The notes under the pieces were generated by a model, which saw only the letters and a program-made list of their open reading frames with translations, ran no database searches and was not told the origin of the DNA. Below are positions 55,884 to 64,000 of a DNA stretch of 64,000 bases, in pieces (position 1 is the stretch's first letter; each line of letters opens with the position of its first letter). This DNA comes from Nitrosopumilaceae archaeon (lineage in GTDB: Archaea > Thermoproteota > Nitrososphaeria > Nitrososphaerales > Nitrosopumilaceae), in NCBI GenBank assembly GCA_052389415.1, contig JBQTHX010000030.1, forward strand, positions 32,001-96,000, read 5' to 3'. The position numbers were made by a program, and so were the translations under genes.

Positions 55884-56711
55884 TCAGGTGCTGAAAAGCT
55901 CTTTTTTGATATAATTTTCAAATTCTATATCGGTTTTTGATTTTTTTGCTTCTAAGAACATGACTGCATCATTTCCTACGGCATACCTTGGCAGGGGATT
56001 TTCTGATTTGATTGCTTTGATTATGGTTTTTCCAACCTCTTGTGGGTGGGTGCCCATTTCAGCCATCATGGATATTCCCATGATAACTTTGTCTGTTATC
56101 TCTTTATACGCCGAATCTGACTTTGTAGATTTTTTTGTAGAAGTCATAAAATTTGTCTTGATCACACCTGGTTCGATAATTATCGTTTTGATTCCAAATG
56201 GAGAAAGTTCGTATCGCATAGATTCACTCAATCCTTCCAGTGCAAACTTTGAGCTAATATATGCTGGAGAAACTGGAAATCCAATTCTCCCTGCTACTGA
56301 ACTAACATTCACAATTATTCCAGATTTTTGCTTACGCATTATTGGAATGACTGCTTGTGTTGTTCTTACCACTCCAAAAAAGTTGGTTTCAAACTGTGCC
56401 TTAAGATCATCCATGGAAAGATCTTCCAGACAACCAAAGAGACCATATCCTGCATTATTTACTAGAACATCAATACTGTTTCTTTCCTTCATTATTTTAC
56501 TTATGGCAGATTGAACGGATTGATCTTTGTCAACATCAAGCTCAAGTACTTCTAATTTCAAATTTTCTTTCTTTGCAATTTCTTTTATCTGATCACCTTT
56601 AGCTATATTTCGCATTGTTGCATATGTGTGATATCCATCTCGTGCTAACGCTAATGCTGTTTCAAAACCAATCCCACTTGAACAACCTGTTACTATTGCA
56701 GTTCTTTCCAT
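55884..56711 (-). CDS. Short-chain dehydrogenase/reductase
   Basis: TGCSSGIG, NNAG, YxxxK (YISSK). Confidence 0.95.
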   Translation of the reverse strand: MERTAIVTGCSSGIGFETALALARDGYHTYATMRNIAKGDQIKEIAKKENLKLEVLELDVDKDQSVQSAISKIMKERNSIDVLVNNAGYGLFGCLEDLSMDDLKAQFETNFFGVVRTTQAVIPIMRKQKSGIIVNVSSVAGRIGFPVSPAYISSKFALEGLSESMRYELSPFGIKTIIIEPGVIKTNFMTSTKKSTKSDSAYKEITDKVIMGISMMAEMGTHPQEVGKTIIKAIKSENPLPRYAVGNDAVMFLEAKKSKTDIEFENYIKKELFST

Positions 56712-56766
56712 AATTCAGATCTTAAAGTGTCATTAATAATTTGTATTGTTATTAATTTCCTTTTCA

Positions 56767-59274
56767 CTAAACCAGTGGCTTATCGCCTTCTACAGGTTCT
56801 GTAACCTCTGTTAATTCGCCATCGTTAATTCTCTGTAATACTTCGGTTGCAGCTAGTTTGTGAAGATATTCGTTGTTATTGCCACATCTGTAAGAAAAGG
56901 TACATCGTGGACATCCTGCCTCATTCTTACAAGGACATTCCTTTACTATGTGAAGACCTCTCTCAAAGGTCTTTTCTAGCCTATCATAAAGAGCCTTGCT
57001 AGCTCCACTTCCACCTATGGCAGAATCGTACACAAAGATTAGACCAGATGTTCCAAGAGATATTCCTCCTAGGTCTTGAGAAACACCACCTGTTATCATG
57101 TTACTTCCTTCTATTACCACATGTTCTGTCGCATGATATGAGCTTGCTTCTACATATTCTTCATTCTCTGATTTCTTGATTTCATTTATTGGTCTTGGAG
57201 CTTTGAAAACAATCCCCTTGGTGACAAAATCATAATCTAAAGGTCTTTCCAAAAGCACTCTTTGACCTTGTGTTACTTCATGACCAAGTTCAATGTTGAC
57301 ATAACCATATACTCGTTTTTGTATATGTAATTTACAAAATGCGACTTCTATACCATGGGCCTTCCTTTTTTCATACACCATTTCAATTGTTGGCCATTCT
57401 TCTGTAAGAGCTTTTGTGTAGTACGGATAATCTCTTGGGAGATATTCTAGTCTTGCATACATTTTTTGAGGGTATCCAAGCTCTCTTACTTTGTAACGTG
57501 TACCTGCAAGAAAATAGACAGCTGATTCATGTAATTCCTCAAGTGCAATTGGAAGTGCCCGCTCGCCAACTTTCTTCGTATTCAAAAATATATCAATTGA
57601 CTTTCCTATTCCTCTAATACTATAGTCATTCAACAAAGATTCAATCTGAGTATAATTTGGGACGTATCTGTTTTCAATTAATACAAGATTTCCAGAAGCT
57701 GCGTGTTTTTCAATTACTTCTTGATGTTCCTTTAGCTCATGTTTTACGATTGGCTTGTCTGCCGCCATTGCAAGAACTTGAAAGTCTTCTACAAAGGGAT
57801 TTTTTGGGTCAATGTAAATTCTTTCTACGTCTTCAAAATAGTCCTCTGGGTGATTTTTGTAATATTGTGAGATGGGGTCGTTTCCTAGTACCAAAAAGGC
57901 ATATCCGTTCTGACCTTTTCTTGCTGCTCTCCCTATTCGTTGTACTAGCCTGTTTACAGGAATTGTAGATGAAATTACTCCATCTACGTTGCCTACATCT
58001 ATCCCAAGTTCAAGAGTAGGGGTTGCAGAAATTGCCATAAGTGAATCATTTTTGAATGCATTTTCAACCGATCTTCTGTAATTTGACATAAGACCTGCCC
58101 TGTGTACCTTAATGTCCACTTTTTGTTTTCTTGCCTGCATTGCCAAAAGCTCAGAATTTAGATGCGAATTGCTAAAGACAAGTGTCTTATGTTTCTTTGA
58201 TGTTAGTCTTTTAACAATCTCTACCATCAAAGCGCGTTGAGTCCTAAGTGATGGAAAAAGCATACTAAAATCTGTCTTGCCTTTTTTTCCAGATCCTGAA
58301 ACCAATTTCATTTGTACACCAAAAAGTTGTTCACAAAATGGTAATGCATTATCAAGTGTTGCAGAAGACGCAATTATCTGCATTCTTTGACAAATTCTTT
58401 TCAGTCTCTTGATGATATAATGTACATTTGATCCAAATATTCCAGAATAGACATGAGCTTCATCTACCACTAGAAATTTTACCGTATTTAGCAAAGATGC
58501 AAACTTACTCCTGCGCCACAGATGATAATGAATCACATCAAAATTTGTTATTATTATTTCTGGTGGATTTTCAAAAATTTTTTGTCTGTCCAAAATTTTT
58601 ACATCTCCATCTAATATAGTCACTTTTATTCCAATCTGATCTGCAATTTCCTTTATTTTTGGCAGTTGATCTTTCGAAAGAGACTTGGTGGGATATACAA
58701 AAAGTGCCAAAACTTTCCCTTTGGAGTTCTCATCCAGAATTTTTTGTATGATGGGCACAGCAAATGCTTCTGTTTTGCCCGATGCAGTTGGAGCAGTAAT
58801 GACTAGATTATTTCCTCGTATTATTTCCAGTATGGCATCCTCTTGGAATTTGTAAAATTGTTCAATTCCTTTATTTTCTAAAACTCTCGTAATGCTTTCA
58901 TCTAAACCAGATTCCATAACTTTGCTACCCATCTTTGGTTCTGGTTCAGAAAGTGTCCTAAAATGTGAAACAAAGTGTTTCTTTGAAAACAAGATTGAAC
59001 TAGTGAGATCATCTAGTTTGCTGTCTCCTATCATTTTACTTATTTCATTTTCACTTTGCACTATTCCTTCTTGTTCAAGCGCAGTCTTCATTTTCGGCTT
59101 TGTCAGAACTTTGCCATCATCAAATCTATTAAGAAAATCAAGAAATGCTTCATCTGCATTTTTCTTATAGTCTACAATATCTTCTAAACCACATCCATTG
59201 CATTCGAACATTAACTTTTGGTTGAATGTTCTCTGCATCTCCATTCTTGATTTGCATTTAGGACAAGAATACAC
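56767..59274 (-). CDS. Hrq1/MrfA-like DEAH-box helicase with DUF1998 and N-terminal zinc ribbon
   Basis: PTASGKT, DEAH, SSAT, QRIGRAAR, C-terminal 'CPC...GCPRC...C'. Confidence 0.93.
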   Translation of the reverse strand: MYSCPKCKSRMEMQRTFNQKLMFECNGCGLEDIVDYKKNADEAFLDFLNRFDDGKVLTKPKMKTALEQEGIVQSENEISKMIGDSKLDDLTSSILFSKKHFVSHFRTLSEPEPKMGSKVMESGLDESITRVLENKGIEQFYKFQEDAILEIIRGNNLVITAPTASGKTEAFAVPIIQKILDENSKGKVLALFVYPTKSLSKDQLPKIKEIADQIGIKVTILDGDVKILDRQKIFENPPEIIITNFDVIHYHLWRRSKFASLLNTVKFLVVDEAHVYSGIFGSNVHYIIKRLKRICQRMQIIASSATLDNALPFCEQLFGVQMKLVSGSGKKGKTDFSMLFPSLRTQRALMVEIVKRLTSKKHKTLVFSNSHLNSELLAMQARKQKVDIKVHRAGLMSNYRRSVENAFKNDSLMAISATPTLELGIDVGNVDGVISSTIPVNRLVQRIGRAARKGQNGYAFLVLGNDPISQYYKNHPEDYFEDVERIYIDPKNPFVEDFQVLAMAADKPIVKHELKEHQEVIEKHAASGNLVLIENRYVPNYTQIESLLNDYSIRGIGKSIDIFLNTKKVGERALPIALEELHESAVYFLAGTRYKVRELGYPQKMYARLEYLPRDYPYYTKALTEEWPTIEMVYEKRKAHGIEVAFCKLHIQKRVYGYVNIELGHEVTQGQRVLLERPLDYDFVTKGIVFKAPRPINEIKKSENEEYVEASSYHATEHVVIEGSNMITGGVSQDLGGISLGTSGLIFVYDSAIGGSGASKALYDRLEKTFERGLHIVKECPCKNEAGCPRCTFSYRCGNNNEYLHKLAATEVLQRINDGELTEVTEPVEGDKPLV

Positions 59275-59366
59275 TATGTGATGACATACTTTATGATGGA
59301 TTTAATTTTTGGTTGACGACATTCTTATCTCAGGTTAAACCTTTAAGCAACGAACCTAATCTTGAG

Positions 59367-60257
59367 ATGTTGAAAGCACTTGTTACTGGTGCAACAGGTT
59401 TTATTGGTTCCAGACTTGTGACAAAACTCGTTGATAGAGGAGTTTCAGTTACATGTCTAGTACGTTCAGGGAGTATACAAAATCCTGAAGTAAAGATGGT
59501 TAATGGCGATCTTACCTATCCGGATTTTATTTTACCTGATGAAAAATATGATATAGTTTATCATCTTGCAGCAGTATGGCCAGGAGAGAAAGACAAGAAA
59601 AAAGCAAGAACAGTCAACTACGATGGTTCTGTAAATTTATTCACTTTAATTAAGGAAAAGGCAAAATTCCTTGTGTATGTATCAGGTCTTGGAGTCTTTG
59701 GAGATCCCAAAAATACAGTAGATGAAAACTCTACATTACAACCTCACACAGAATATTCAAAAACAAGACTAGAAGCACAATGGTTCCTAGGATCTAGTTG
59801 TAAAGAAAAGAACATTGATTTTAGTGTAGCATATCTTGGTGATGTTTACGGCAATGGTGGTTGGTTCAAATCAATCATGATTGACAGACTACAAAATGGA
59901 AGTTTCAGACTTCCTGCAGGGGGAGAATATTATCGAAGTTTCATTCATGTGGACGACGTTATTTCTGCACTAGTTGCAATTGCAGAGAAAAATGCAATAA
60001 ACCAATCATTTGTAGTAACAGACTCGAATCCAGTTCTTTTCAAAGACTTTGTTAACTTTGTTTGCGATGAAATGAAAGTAAAACATCCTGGGAGTGTTCC
60101 AGCACTTTTAGCAAAAGCTGTAATGGGTGGCGACTTTGTAAAGCTACTCACGACCTCAATCAAGACTACAAACAAAAAGATTTCAACCATCTGTGAATTT
60201 GCCTTTCCGTCATACAAGGAAGGAATTCATTCTGTAATCGCAGAAATGAAAACATGA
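59367..60257 (+). CDS. NAD-dependent epimerase/dehydratase family protein
   Basis: 'VTGATGFIG', 'HLAA', 'FIHVDDV'; start set at ATG 59367 after 'ctttaag'. Confidence 0.9.
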   Translation: MLKALVTGATGFIGSRLVTKLVDRGVSVTCLVRSGSIQNPEVKMVNGDLTYPDFILPDEKYDIVYHLAAVWPGEKDKKKARTVNYDGSVNLFTLIKEKAKFLVYVSGLGVFGDPKNTVDENSTLQPHTEYSKTRLEAQWFLGSSCKEKNIDFSVAYLGDVYGNGGWFKSIMIDRLQNGSFRLPAGGEYYRSFIHVDDVISALVAIAEKNAINQSFVVTDSNPVLFKDFVNFVCDEMKVKHPGSVPALLAKAVMGGDFVKLLTTSIKTTNKKISTICEFAFPSYKEGIHSVIAEMKT

Positions 60258-60291
60258 TTGACATATAATATGCCAAATTTCTAATTTTTCT

Positions 60292-60981
60292 ATGGGACTT
60301 GGGGGCTACTGGAACGAAGTACTTGATGTTTTAAGAGATATAATTCCTGTTTATGACAAGGTAAATTCCTTAATCTCACTAGGAAAAGACGAAGAATGCC
60401 GTAGAAGAGGATTGTCAGGCAGAGTAATAGAAGGAAATTCAGTTCTTGATGCTGGATCTGGATTTGGTAACATGTCAAAGACTGCACTGAAGCTTTGTAA
60501 CAATAATTTGCAAATCACACTTTATGATCCGTTAACACAAATGTTAAAAAATACAAAAACTTTTTTTCAAACTAGGCCTGAGCTTGCATCTGGAGTTTTT
60601 GAACACATTCCGTTTCAAGATGAAAGATTTGATGCAGTGATCTGCGGTTACTCTTTGCGTGATGCAATAAGTTTGAAAACTGCAATATCAGAAATTCATC
60701 GAATTCTAAAAAAGGGAGGGCGGTTTGTGATAGTTGATCTAGGAAAACCAGACAATTCAGTTATTAGAGCTGGTGTCTCGTTTTATCTTAGAGCAATACT
60801 TCCCATTATCGCATTTGCAGCTGCAGGAAAGCTTGGACTAAAATTTGCAACTCTTTATGCTACCTACAAACTATGGCCGCAAAATAAGAAGCTTGAATCC
60901 ATGTTACTAGAAAAATTCTCTAAGGTAGAATTCAACACTGCAATGCTTGGCGGTGCAATAATGGTAGCAGCATACAAGTAA
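60292..60981 (+). CDS. UbiE/MenG-family SAM-dependent methyltransferase
   Basis: 'YDKVNSLISLG', 'LDAGSGFG', 'IPFQDERFD', 'EIHRILKKGG'. Confidence 0.88.
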   Translation: MGLGGYWNEVLDVLRDIIPVYDKVNSLISLGKDEECRRRGLSGRVIEGNSVLDAGSGFGNMSKTALKLCNNNLQITLYDPLTQMLKNTKTFFQTRPELASGVFEHIPFQDERFDAVICGYSLRDAISLKTAISEIHRILKKGGRFVIVDLGKPDNSVIRAGVSFYLRAILPIIAFAAAGKLGLKFATLYATYKLWPQNKKLESMLLEKFSKVEFNTAMLGGAIMVAAYK

Positions 60982-60982
60982 C

Positions 60983-62140
60983 ATGAACAGACCTCTAATT
61001 CTTGTATATGCTACTGCAATGATAGTAGGAATATCATATGGAATGCACAACCCGATCGTCCCTGTTTTTTCCAAGGAAGTAATAGGTGCATCATATTTTG
61101 AGCTTGGTTTGATTGGACTTTCAAATTTTATTCCATACATGTTTATTCCGCTCTTTGTTGGTCTGCTTCTTGACAGATTCAACAATGGTCTATTACTTTC
61201 ACTTGGAATAACTCTAGACACCGTCTCAATCTATCTTCTGTCTATATCACAATCCGTTCCTGAGGTTGCTGCATTTAGGGCAATGACTGGAGTGGCCCAC
61301 TCATTTTTTTGGCCTCCCTGTGAATCAATAATATCAAGAGTTGTACCACCAGAAGCTCGTGTAAAATCAATTTCAAAATTCATGGGATTCTTTGTCGGTG
61401 GACTAATGATAGGACCATTGGCTGGTACATTCTTACTTGAACACTTTGATGTCACATATCAAATATTATTCCAGTATGCAACATTTGCTATTGCAGCAGG
61501 CATTATCTCATCCTTGCTTTTGAAAAAATATGGCAAGACCACTCACAAAACAGAATTCTCTTTTGTATCAATCAAAAAAATTTTAAAATTTCCAACAATT
61601 GTTATCATGTTAATTTTTTGTAGTGCGGCGTTTGGAACTTTTCTAACTATTTTTCCCGCATACATGAGTGACAGATTTGTTTCTAAATCAAACATAGAGT
61701 TACTGTTTTTTATTTTTGGAATATCGCGTTTGATCTCTCTTGCTTTTTCCGAGTTGCTTGCAAAAAGAACCTACCAGAGTCTTATTGCTGCAATGCTTTC
61801 GATCGCAATAGGAATGATTGTTGTTTTCTATTCGTTTTCGTTTGAAACGTTTGTTCTTGCAGCTCTGATAATGGGTTTTGGTTTCACAGTTTATTTTCCA
61901 TTAACTTTTGAAATTATTATGAAAAAAGCACAAAAAGAACATTCAGGAGGTTTGATTGGAGCTTATGAAACGACGTTTGGTGTAGGATGGGCCGCAGGAC
62001 CTCTCATTGCAGGATTAGTGGCAAACTTTTTTGGTAATGCATCTCCATATCTGATGTTTTTTATTATAGGCATTGTAGTTGCAGCAATTGTGGGTCTGAA
62101 GAAAAAGGACTTTGAACCAGCATGGAATCCTAAACTTTAA
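60983..62140 (+). CDS. MFS transporter
   Basis: About 12 TM helices; 'GLLLDRF' motif A-like; 'GWAAGPLIAG'. Confidence 0.92.
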   Translation: MNRPLILVYATAMIVGISYGMHNPIVPVFSKEVIGASYFELGLIGLSNFIPYMFIPLFVGLLLDRFNNGLLLSLGITLDTVSIYLLSISQSVPEVAAFRAMTGVAHSFFWPPCESIISRVVPPEARVKSISKFMGFFVGGLMIGPLAGTFLLEHFDVTYQILFQYATFAIAAGIISSLLLKKYGKTTHKTEFSFVSIKKILKFPTIVIMLIFCSAAFGTFLTIFPAYMSDRFVSKSNIELLFFIFGISRLISLAFSELLAKRTYQSLIAAMLSIAIGMIVVFYSFSFETFVLAALIMGFGFTVYFPLTFEIIMKKAQKEHSGGLIGAYETTFGVGWAAGPLIAGLVANFFGNASPYLMFFIIGIVVAAIVGLKKKDFEPAWNPKL

Positions 62141-62165
62141 TTTTGGAATAAGATAGTATTTCATC

Positions 62166-62513
62166 ATGCATAATTTCTCACTTAACATCTTGGGAAGTGA
62201 GTGGTTCATCATAGCTTTTGTTGCTATCATACTATTTTTTGGCTCCAAGCGCTTGCCAGAACTATCCAAGAAGCTTGGTAAAGCAGTTGGAGAATATGAC
62301 AAGGCAAAAGCTATGGTTCAAAATGAATTACAAAATGCTACTAGAGGTTACAACATCAAGGTGCAGGGTCCTGTTCAAGTAGAAAGACAAAAGCTAGAGA
62401 TGATCGCAAAATCGCTTGGCATAGATTTTTTAAACAAAAGTGATGACGAATTGAGAAATATCATTGCATCAAAAATGGGAAAACCCGACAGCGATTATGA
62501 AAATACCACCTAA
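62166..62513 (+). CDS. tatA: Twin-arginine translocase TatA/E subunit
   Basis: 'EWFIIAFVAIILFFGSKRLPELSKKLGKAVGEY'. Confidence 0.92.
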   Translation: MHNFSLNILGSEWFIIAFVAIILFFGSKRLPELSKKLGKAVGEYDKAKAMVQNELQNATRGYNIKVQGPVQVERQKLEMIAKSLGIDFLNKSDDELRNIIASKMGKPDSDYENTT

Positions 62514-62615
62514 TTCTGGCCTCCTTAACAAATTTAAATTTGATTTCAGACTGCGATCTATTTTGTTCTGAAATAAAGAAATGAATATAACATAGCTCTA
62601 CTGAAAATTATTGTC

Positions 62616-63917
62616 ATGAGCATAGAACACTGGGTTGGTGAAAAAGGACAAACCGATCCATTTACTAGTGCAAGTAAACAAGTTAATGACGCATGTGATA
62701 TTTTAGGAATTAAAGATCAAGGATTAAGAGATTATCTTATTATGCCAAACAAAGTACTAAGGGTAAAAATTCCAGTCATGATGGATAATGGAAAGATTAG
62801 AATCTTTACAGGATTTCGTAGTCAACATAACAATGATCGTGGTCCGTACAAGGGTGGTATTAGATACTTTGACCCCAAAGGCGGAGTCAAATACATGGAA
62901 AGAGAAGTAATGGCACTTTCTTCATGGATGACTTGGAAATGTGCCATTGCAAACATACCTTTGGGTGGAGGAAAGGGAGGAGTATTTGTAAATCCAAAGA
63001 AAGAAAAACTCAGTGCTGGAGAGCTTGAAAGAATTACTAGGAGATTTGCGTTTATGATTTCAGAAATTATAGGACCACAAAAAGACATTCCTGCACCAGA
63101 TGTGTATACGACAGGTAAAGAAATGTCTCAGATAATGGATGTATATGGAAAATTAAATGGCAATACTAGTCAACCTGGCGTAATTACTGGAAAACCAATA
63201 GAGATGGGTGGTTCGCTTGCAAGAAATGTTGCAACTGGTCTTGGAACTTCAATTTGTGTGAGAGAGGCTGCAAAGGCTTTGAAACTTAATTTAAAAGGTG
63301 CCAAAGTTGTTTTACAAGGATTTGGAAATGCTTCTACCTTTGCAGGTGATTATTTAGAAAAACTGGGATGCTTGATTGTTGGCGCATCTGATTCAAAAGG
63401 CTCTATCGTTAATCCCAAAGGAATTAGTATGAAAGACCTTAAAAAATGGAAACAAAACAAAGGAACGGTTGTAGGGTTCCCAAAAAGTAAGAAAGTTAGT
63501 ACTGAACAGTTGTTAACTGCTGACTGCGTTGTACTAATCCCGGGTGCATTAGAAAATCAAATCGATGCTAAAATTGCAAAAAAGCTAAAATGTAAAATAA
63601 TTGGTGAGGCCGCAAATGGTCCAACACTACCAGAAGCAGATCCTATATTATATAAAAGGAAGATAATGGCTATTCCTGACATACTAGCAAATGCAGGTGG
63701 AGTAACTATTTCCTATTTGGAATGGGTTCAAAATAATATGGGTTATTATTGGTCATTTGATGAAGTTGCCAAAAAGATGGAAGAACATCTTGTTGAAAAC
63801 TTCCATGCAACATATGAAATGTCGGTAAAACATAAAGTCGATATGAGAAAGGCTGCAATGGTTCTTGCAGTAAAACGTGTAGTTGACGCGTTTCATACAA
63901 AAGGCCTCTGGCCTTAA
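62616..63917 (+). CDS. gdhA: Glutamate dehydrogenase
   Basis: 'GPYKGGIR', 'PLGGGKGG', 'DIPAPDV', 'QGFGNA', 'EAANGP', 'NAGGVTISYLEW'. Confidence 0.96.
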   Translation: MSIEHWVGEKGQTDPFTSASKQVNDACDILGIKDQGLRDYLIMPNKVLRVKIPVMMDNGKIRIFTGFRSQHNNDRGPYKGGIRYFDPKGGVKYMEREVMALSSWMTWKCAIANIPLGGGKGGVFVNPKKEKLSAGELERITRRFAFMISEIIGPQKDIPAPDVYTTGKEMSQIMDVYGKLNGNTSQPGVITGKPIEMGGSLARNVATGLGTSICVREAAKALKLNLKGAKVVLQGFGNASTFAGDYLEKLGCLIVGASDSKGSIVNPKGISMKDLKKWKQNKGTVVGFPKSKKVSTEQLLTADCVVLIPGALENQIDAKIAKKLKCKIIGEAANGPTLPEADPILYKRKIMAIPDILANAGGVTISYLEWVQNNMGYYWSFDEVAKKMEEHLVENFHATYEMSVKHKVDMRKAAMVLAVKRVVDAFHTKGLWP

Positions 63918-64000
63918 TTATGGCGATATACATTCTTTGAACGTTTTAGAATCGTGAAGGTACGGAAAAAAACTGATACAATAAAAAAATATACATTTTT

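Noticed and set aside
56767-59274. DUF1998 helicase as part of a DISARM/Druantia-type defence system
   Set aside because: No methylase, DrmA/B partner or nuclease nearby; fits a stand-alone Hrq1/MrfA repair helicase
59278-59335. GTGATGA C-box-like motif suggesting a C/D box sRNA
   Set aside because: No properly placed CTGA D box; the region is the divergent promoter of the helicase and epimerase
63918-64000. Possible 3' end of a minus-strand gene at the window edge
   Set aside because: Too short and low-complexity to support

Overview
An AT-rich, gene-dense archaeal chromosome segment, almost certainly from an ammonia-oxidising archaeon (Nitrososphaerota/Thaumarchaeota, Nitrosopumilales-like). 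The evidence is a eukaryote-type topoisomerase IB, an RPC34-like protein, S30e, a crenarchaeal-type SSB, a PEF(G)-CTERM cupredoxin, and many leaderless genes with TTG/GTG starts. Most of the window is housekeeping: hemL-hemC-cobA-hemD, sufB-sufD-Rieske-sufS-sufU, pgk, an RNA-modification cluster (rlmE, trm1, rnhB, fibrillarin, nop5), pyrD-pyrK, radA, rpl21e-rpo4-DUF655-rsmA-HemK, an Hrq1-like helicase, tatA and gdhA. There are four tRNAs: Gly-GCC, Glu-CTC, Ser-GCT, and Met-CAT with a 19-nt BHB intron at non-canonical position 30/31. Reading the gaps by hand revealed several features the ORF track misses. (1) A cluster of Cys/His-rich microproteins at 3.4-6.1 kb, including a 47-aa, 9-Cys metallothionein-like gene next to a surface-anchored blue-copper protein; this is the best candidate for an undescribed system. 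(2) A frameshifted TATA-binding-protein relic downstream of tRNA-Met. (3) Perfect palindromes at the promoters of radA, sufB, a Zn-ribbon membrane protein and a large surface protein. (4) Short homogenised DNA tracts inside a 1606-aa NHL/HYR/RTX adhesin. No CRISPR array, rRNA, transposase or integrase was seen. All calls come from motif recognition by eye; no database search was run.
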